Shown here one piece after another: positions 58,031 through 64,000 of a stretch of DNA of 64,000 nt. The translations under genes were made by a program, and so were the position numbers. The stretch lies in assembly GCA_964016885.1 (NCBI GenBank), contig OZ024740.1, forward strand, positions 89,776,001 through 89,840,000. The letters are read 5' to 3'. The notes under the pieces are model-generated. The model was given only the letters and a program-made list of their open reading frames with translations. It ran no database searches and was not told the DNA's origin. The stretch is from Eledone cirrhosa. Its lineage: Eukaryota. Position 1 is the stretch's first letter; every line of letters begins with the position of its first letter.

Positions 58031-58844
58031 AAAGAATAGAGGTGTAACACACAGGTTATTATATATTGGTAAACGGAATAGAAAATGCTGACAAACTGTT
58101 CACAGTTGAAAAATGGTTCAATTAGGAATAAAAGAGTATTAGTGATTGTATGGGTTAGTAATCAGTTGTGGTTTTAAGTTTTTAAGATTTTACCGGTTGC
58201 GCATTTCTAAATGCTTTTCAAAAATAATTTTGAGATAGACTGTCCGTGTTGTTTGCTCTGATCTGATTAGTTTTGGAAATTCTACCTGTTTTTATGTTAA
58301 AAAAGTGGCTCCTGCGTTACTTTGGTGTTGCAAAAATTCTTGTGGTCAAAACAATTTTGATTGGTCGGTAGAGGTCAAGGGAATGTAAAAAATTGATTTT
58401 GCGCCAAGACTGTTTTTATGTTAAAAGAGTGGCTCCAGCGCTACCTGGTGTTTGCAAAAATTATTGTGGTCAAAACAATTTTGATTGGTCGGTAGATGTC
58501 ATGTGAATAAAAAATTGGCTTTGCGCCAAGATTGAGAAATGACTCTTTCACAACAAATATGTGTGTGTGTGTGTGTGTGTGTAGTAGTAGTAAGGTGTTC
58601 GATGTTGTGATAATGGTTAGCAGGGATGTGTGTCAAATGGCTATTAAGATAAGTGTGTGTATGTGTGAGTATATAGCAGAGTAATTCGTGGTAGCAGGGA
58701 TGGTCAGTAAGAATGTGTCTGAAAGCAATGGGGGGTATTTTAGCATGTCAAAAGATATTTTTCAGCTTTTGTCTTATACGAAGAAGTGCGTGTGTGTGTG
58801 TGTGTGTATATAAGTCTCTTTGTATGTTAATGTACGCGTGTGTA

Positions 58845-58941
<97 letters not shown>

Positions 58942-59094
58942 GTGTGGGTGGACCAGTATTGTTTCCCCCCTGGTAAAATGGTGTACATTATTCGATTTTT
59001 TCGGTAAAATCAGTTCTCTTAATAGAACATCAAAAATCTTAACAATATAAGGTGTCAAATGATATTCACTATATATATATACACATACATATAT

Positions 59095-59180
<86 letters not shown>

Positions 59181-60970
59181 TTTTTTTGTGTTGCACCATA
59201 GAGTATGTGTGTTTACGTATGTCATTGTGTTTATATGTGGGTAGAGTTGTGTGCTGACGTAGGTATGTATGTTGACGTGTGTATGTTGTGGGTCCGTATT
59301 TGTTAATGAAGTAAGATTCCTTGCTGATGCGCTGGGTGTGGGTGGCATTATCTTTAAGTTTGTAGAGCGGAAAGATTCTGAAGTTGGGATGATTTTGGGC
59401 GGCACAGGTATCAATGTGTTCACTCAGTGGTATTTTCCTGTATTCCCGTATTTTAATTTGGGATCTATGGACAGTCATGTGTTGGCGCAGGCTGCTTTTG
59501 GTCTGGCCTATGTAATGTTCTCGACAACCTGAACAAATTAATACATATATTAGATTTTCTGATGCACATGTGAAATTGTGTTTTACTATAAAACGTTGTC
59601 CATCTTTGAAATAGAATTACGAACCCTCTATTAGGTTGATGCACATGCCACAGTTGGGTCTATCGCATTTTTTTATTGTGGGTTTCGTTGTTGTGGTTGG
59701 TAGCACTTTGGCATGTGTTAGGATGTTTTTCATTGACTTGGATTGTCATTTGCTCTTTATGATACTGTTTGTTCGTAGAATTTGGTTCATTCTATGGTAC
59801 TTTTTCAACACAGTGATGTTCTGGAGGATGGTGTCAAAGGCCTCATTGTTGAGGGGGTTGTGTGTGGAGATGTATGGAAGAGCTTTTAGTTTCGGTTGAT
59901 TTACTTTAGGGTGTCTAAGGTCCTGGGTACTGAGCTTTAGGGCACGTTGGATTCCATTGTCAATTAGTGATGCAGGGTAGTCCCTGCCTATGAGTGTGTC
60001 CTTTAGTTCATGTAGCCGTAAGTAGCAGATGTTTTTATTGGAGACTATAGTACAGATTCTCTTGGGTAAGTTGTAGCCAATATTCATTTTAACGTGTCTA
60101 GGGTGGCAAGAGTTGAAGGGGAGATATTGCTTGCAGTCTGTGGGCTTGTAGTATATGTATGTTTCTATTTTGTTGTTATGGATCTTAATGAGGATGTCGA
60201 GGAAGGGGAGTTGTTGATGGCTGTATTCCATCGTGAAGTTAATATTCGTGTTAAGCCCATTTATTATGGTGTGAAATTCTTTAAGTTTTTCGATGTTTTC
60301 GTGCCAAAGGATGAAGCAGTCATGTAGATATCGTTTCCAGTTCCTTTCAATGTGTAAGTGGAGGGTGTTTCCAAATTTGTTTAGGACTTTAGTGTAGAGG
60401 GTGATTTCCAGGTATCCCATGACTAGGTCGGCATAAGTGGAGGCTGTTTTCGTTCCCATAGCGGTCCCATATTTCTGCCTGTAGGGTTTGTTATTGAAAA
60501 CGAAGTAATTGTTCTCCAAGATAAATTTGAGTCCCTCTATCAAGAATTCTTTTTTGATGCGTTGTGGGAGTTCATTGTGGAAATTATCCAGCCAGAATTG
60601 GATAGCTTCTATTCCTAGGTTGTGGGGGATGTTGGAGTATAGGTTGACTACATCGAACGTCACTAGTAGGGTTTGTTCAGAAAGCGGCATATTAGGGAGG
60701 TGGTTGAGCATATCTAGGTCGTCCCTTATATAGCTTTTGATGCGTTTGAGGAAGGTTTTGAGAAGGGTATCAATGAGGTTGCTAAGAAGGTGGGTTACGC
60801 AAGCGGGGCCTGCTATTATAGGTGTTAATTTGAGATCATTGGGTGAGGGGACATTGATGACTATGTCTGTGGCTTCCTTGCATGCCTTACTTATTGATTC
60901 GCCTTTATGTACTTTAGGGATACCGTAGAAAAGGCTGGATTTACTTGTGAAGTCTGTGATGAAGCTGAAT
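58027..60970 (-). mobile_element. 5'-truncated Neptune-like PLE (RT, GIY-YIG, pLTR)
   Basis: ORF 59746-60711 homologous to 24880-25830 (TFDVVNLYSNI, GTAMGT, RYLHD); pLTR down to 58027. Confidence 0.93.
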
Positions 60971-60971
60971 T

Positions 60972-61835
60972 AAGATCCATAACAAAAAAATAGAAAAAGA
61001 CATATACTACAAGCGCACAGACTGCAAGCAATATCTCCCCTTCAACTATTGCCACCCTAGACACGTTAAAATTAATATTCCCTACAACTTAGCCAAGAGA
61101 ATCTGTACTATAGTCTCCAATAAAAACATCTGCTACTAACGTCTACAAGAACTAAAGGACACACTCATAGGCAGGGACTACCCTGCATCACTAATTGACA
61201 ATGGAATCCAACGTGCCCTAAAACTCAGTACCCAGGACCTTAGACACCATAAAGTAAATCAACCGAAACTAAAAGCTCTTCCATACATCTCCACTCCACA
61301 CACAACCCCTCAACAATGATGCCTGTGACACCATCCTCCAGAACATCCCTGTGTTGAAAAAGGACCATAGAATGAACCAAATTCTACGATCACACGATAT
61401 CATAAGGAGCGAAAGACAATCCAAGTCAATGAAAAACATCCTAACACATGACAAAGTACTGCCAACCACAACAACGAAACCCACAGTAAAAAAATGCGAT
61501 AGAGCCAACTGTGGCATTTGCATCAACCTAATAGAGGGTTCGGAATTCTATTTCATAGATGGACAACGTTTTATAGTAAAACACAATTTCACACGTGCAT
61601 CGGAAAATCTAATATGTGTATTAACTTGTACAGGTTGTCGAGAACAATACATAGGCGCATCAGCAAGGAATCTTACGTCATTAACAAATACGGACCCCGT
61701 CTAAACACTTCTCCCTAAGACGAACCCACACCATACACACATCAACATACATACCTGCATCAGCACTCATCTCTACCCACATATAAACACAACGACAACG
61801 TAAACACACATGCTATATGGTGCAACACAAAAAAA

Positions 61836-61883
<48 letters not shown>

Positions 61884-62095
61884 ATATATGTATGTGTATA
61901 TATATATAGTGAATATCATTTCACACCTTTTATTGTTAAGTTTTTTTATGTTCTATTAAGAGAACCGATTTTACTGAAAAAATCGTATAATATACACCAT
62001 TTTACCAGGGGGAAAACATATTGGTCCACCCACACACACATACACAGACATATATACACACACACATACACACGCGTACATTAACATACAGAGAG

Positions 62096-62133
<38 letters not shown>

Positions 62134-62243
62134 TTCTTCGTATAAGACAAAAGCTGAAAAATATATTTTGACATGCTAAAATACCCCCCATTGCTTTCAG
62201 ACACATTCTTACTGACCATCCCTGCTACCACGAATTACTCTGC

Positions 62244-62280
<37 letters not shown>

Positions 62281-62784
62281 ATCTTAATAGCCATTTGACA
62301 CACATCCCTGCTAACCATTATCACAACATCGAACACCTTACTACTACTACTACACACACACACATATTTGTTGTGAAAGAGTCATTTCTCAATCTTGGCG
62401 CAAAACCAATTAGCGCTGGAGCCACTTTTTTAACATAAAAACAGTCTTGGCACAAAATCAATTTTTTACATTCACATGCCCTCTACCGACCAATCAAAAT
62501 TATTTTGACCACAAGAATTTTTGCAACACCAAAGTAACGCTAGAGCCACTTGTTTATCATAAAAACAGGTAGAATTCCCAAAACTAATCAGATCAGAGCA
62601 AACAACACGGACACTCTATCTCAAAATTATTTTTGAAAAGCATTTAGAAATGCGCAACCGGTAAAAACTTAAACATTTAAAACCACAACTGAATACTAAC
62701 CCATACAATCACTAATACTCTTTTATTCCTAATTAAACCCTTTTTCAACTGTGAACAATTTGTCAGCATTTTCTATTCCGTTTA

Positions 62785-62790
<6 letters not shown>
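60972..62790 (+). mobile_element. More truncated Neptune-like PLE, head-to-head with the previous copy
   Basis: KIHNKKIEKDIYYK..CDRANCGIC..CTGCREQYIG, internal deletion at ~61655, pLTR to 62790. Confidence 0.93.
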
Positions 62791-63600
<810 letters not shown>

Positions 63601-63824
63601 TTTTAGTTTTTGGCAATTTTCCGAATTTTTTGAAAAAAAAAAATTAATTCCCCACCACAAAGGAATCTGTGACAAACAGGCTGAAAAATACACATACACA
63701 CACCGCAAACCCATTTCCCCCCATAAACACATATAAGCATTGCCATATATATATACACAAAAATTACTCATTGTAGAAGTTACTGCCCGAACTACTGATA
63801 CACTACTCTGATATACACACACAC

Positions 63825-63932
<108 letters not shown>

Positions 63933-64000
63933 CATTTCAGGTTATCAATAATGTAGTGATAATATATCGTTACGTTAGAGATGAACAGCGTACGTGTAGG

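Overview
AT-rich, microsatellite-dense animal DNA, most likely an octopus/coleoid intron or intergenic region (inferred from the SINE family and the (TA)n/(CA)n load). Nearly all ORF-track hits reading '[12 protein letters not shown]' are microsatellite artefacts. The window is dominated by decayed Penelope-like retroelements (PLEs; RT + C-terminal GIY-YIG): several with a CxCx5C linker (Hydra-clade-like) and one Neptune-like family present as about 4 loci. It also holds about 17 copies of one tRNA-derived SINE, an RTE LINE 3' end, an internally deleted hAT/Charlie element with a perfect 8-bp TSD, and a ~595-bp tandem repeat. Hidden structure found by reading the sequence: (1) at least 10 different type-I hammerhead ribozyme (HHR) motif families, many as inverted pairs, including variants with a 60-105-nt stem II and U3:A8 core covariants; (2) a Neptune-like PLE whose upstream coiled-coil ORF1 joins the ATG-less RT frame through an in-frame U_UUU_UUA heptamer, suggesting gag-pol-like -1 frameshifting; (3) a tentative minus-strand host gene with a signal-peptide exon and very small exons, including a 7-nt microexon. 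Coordinates were read by eye; element ends are approximate.
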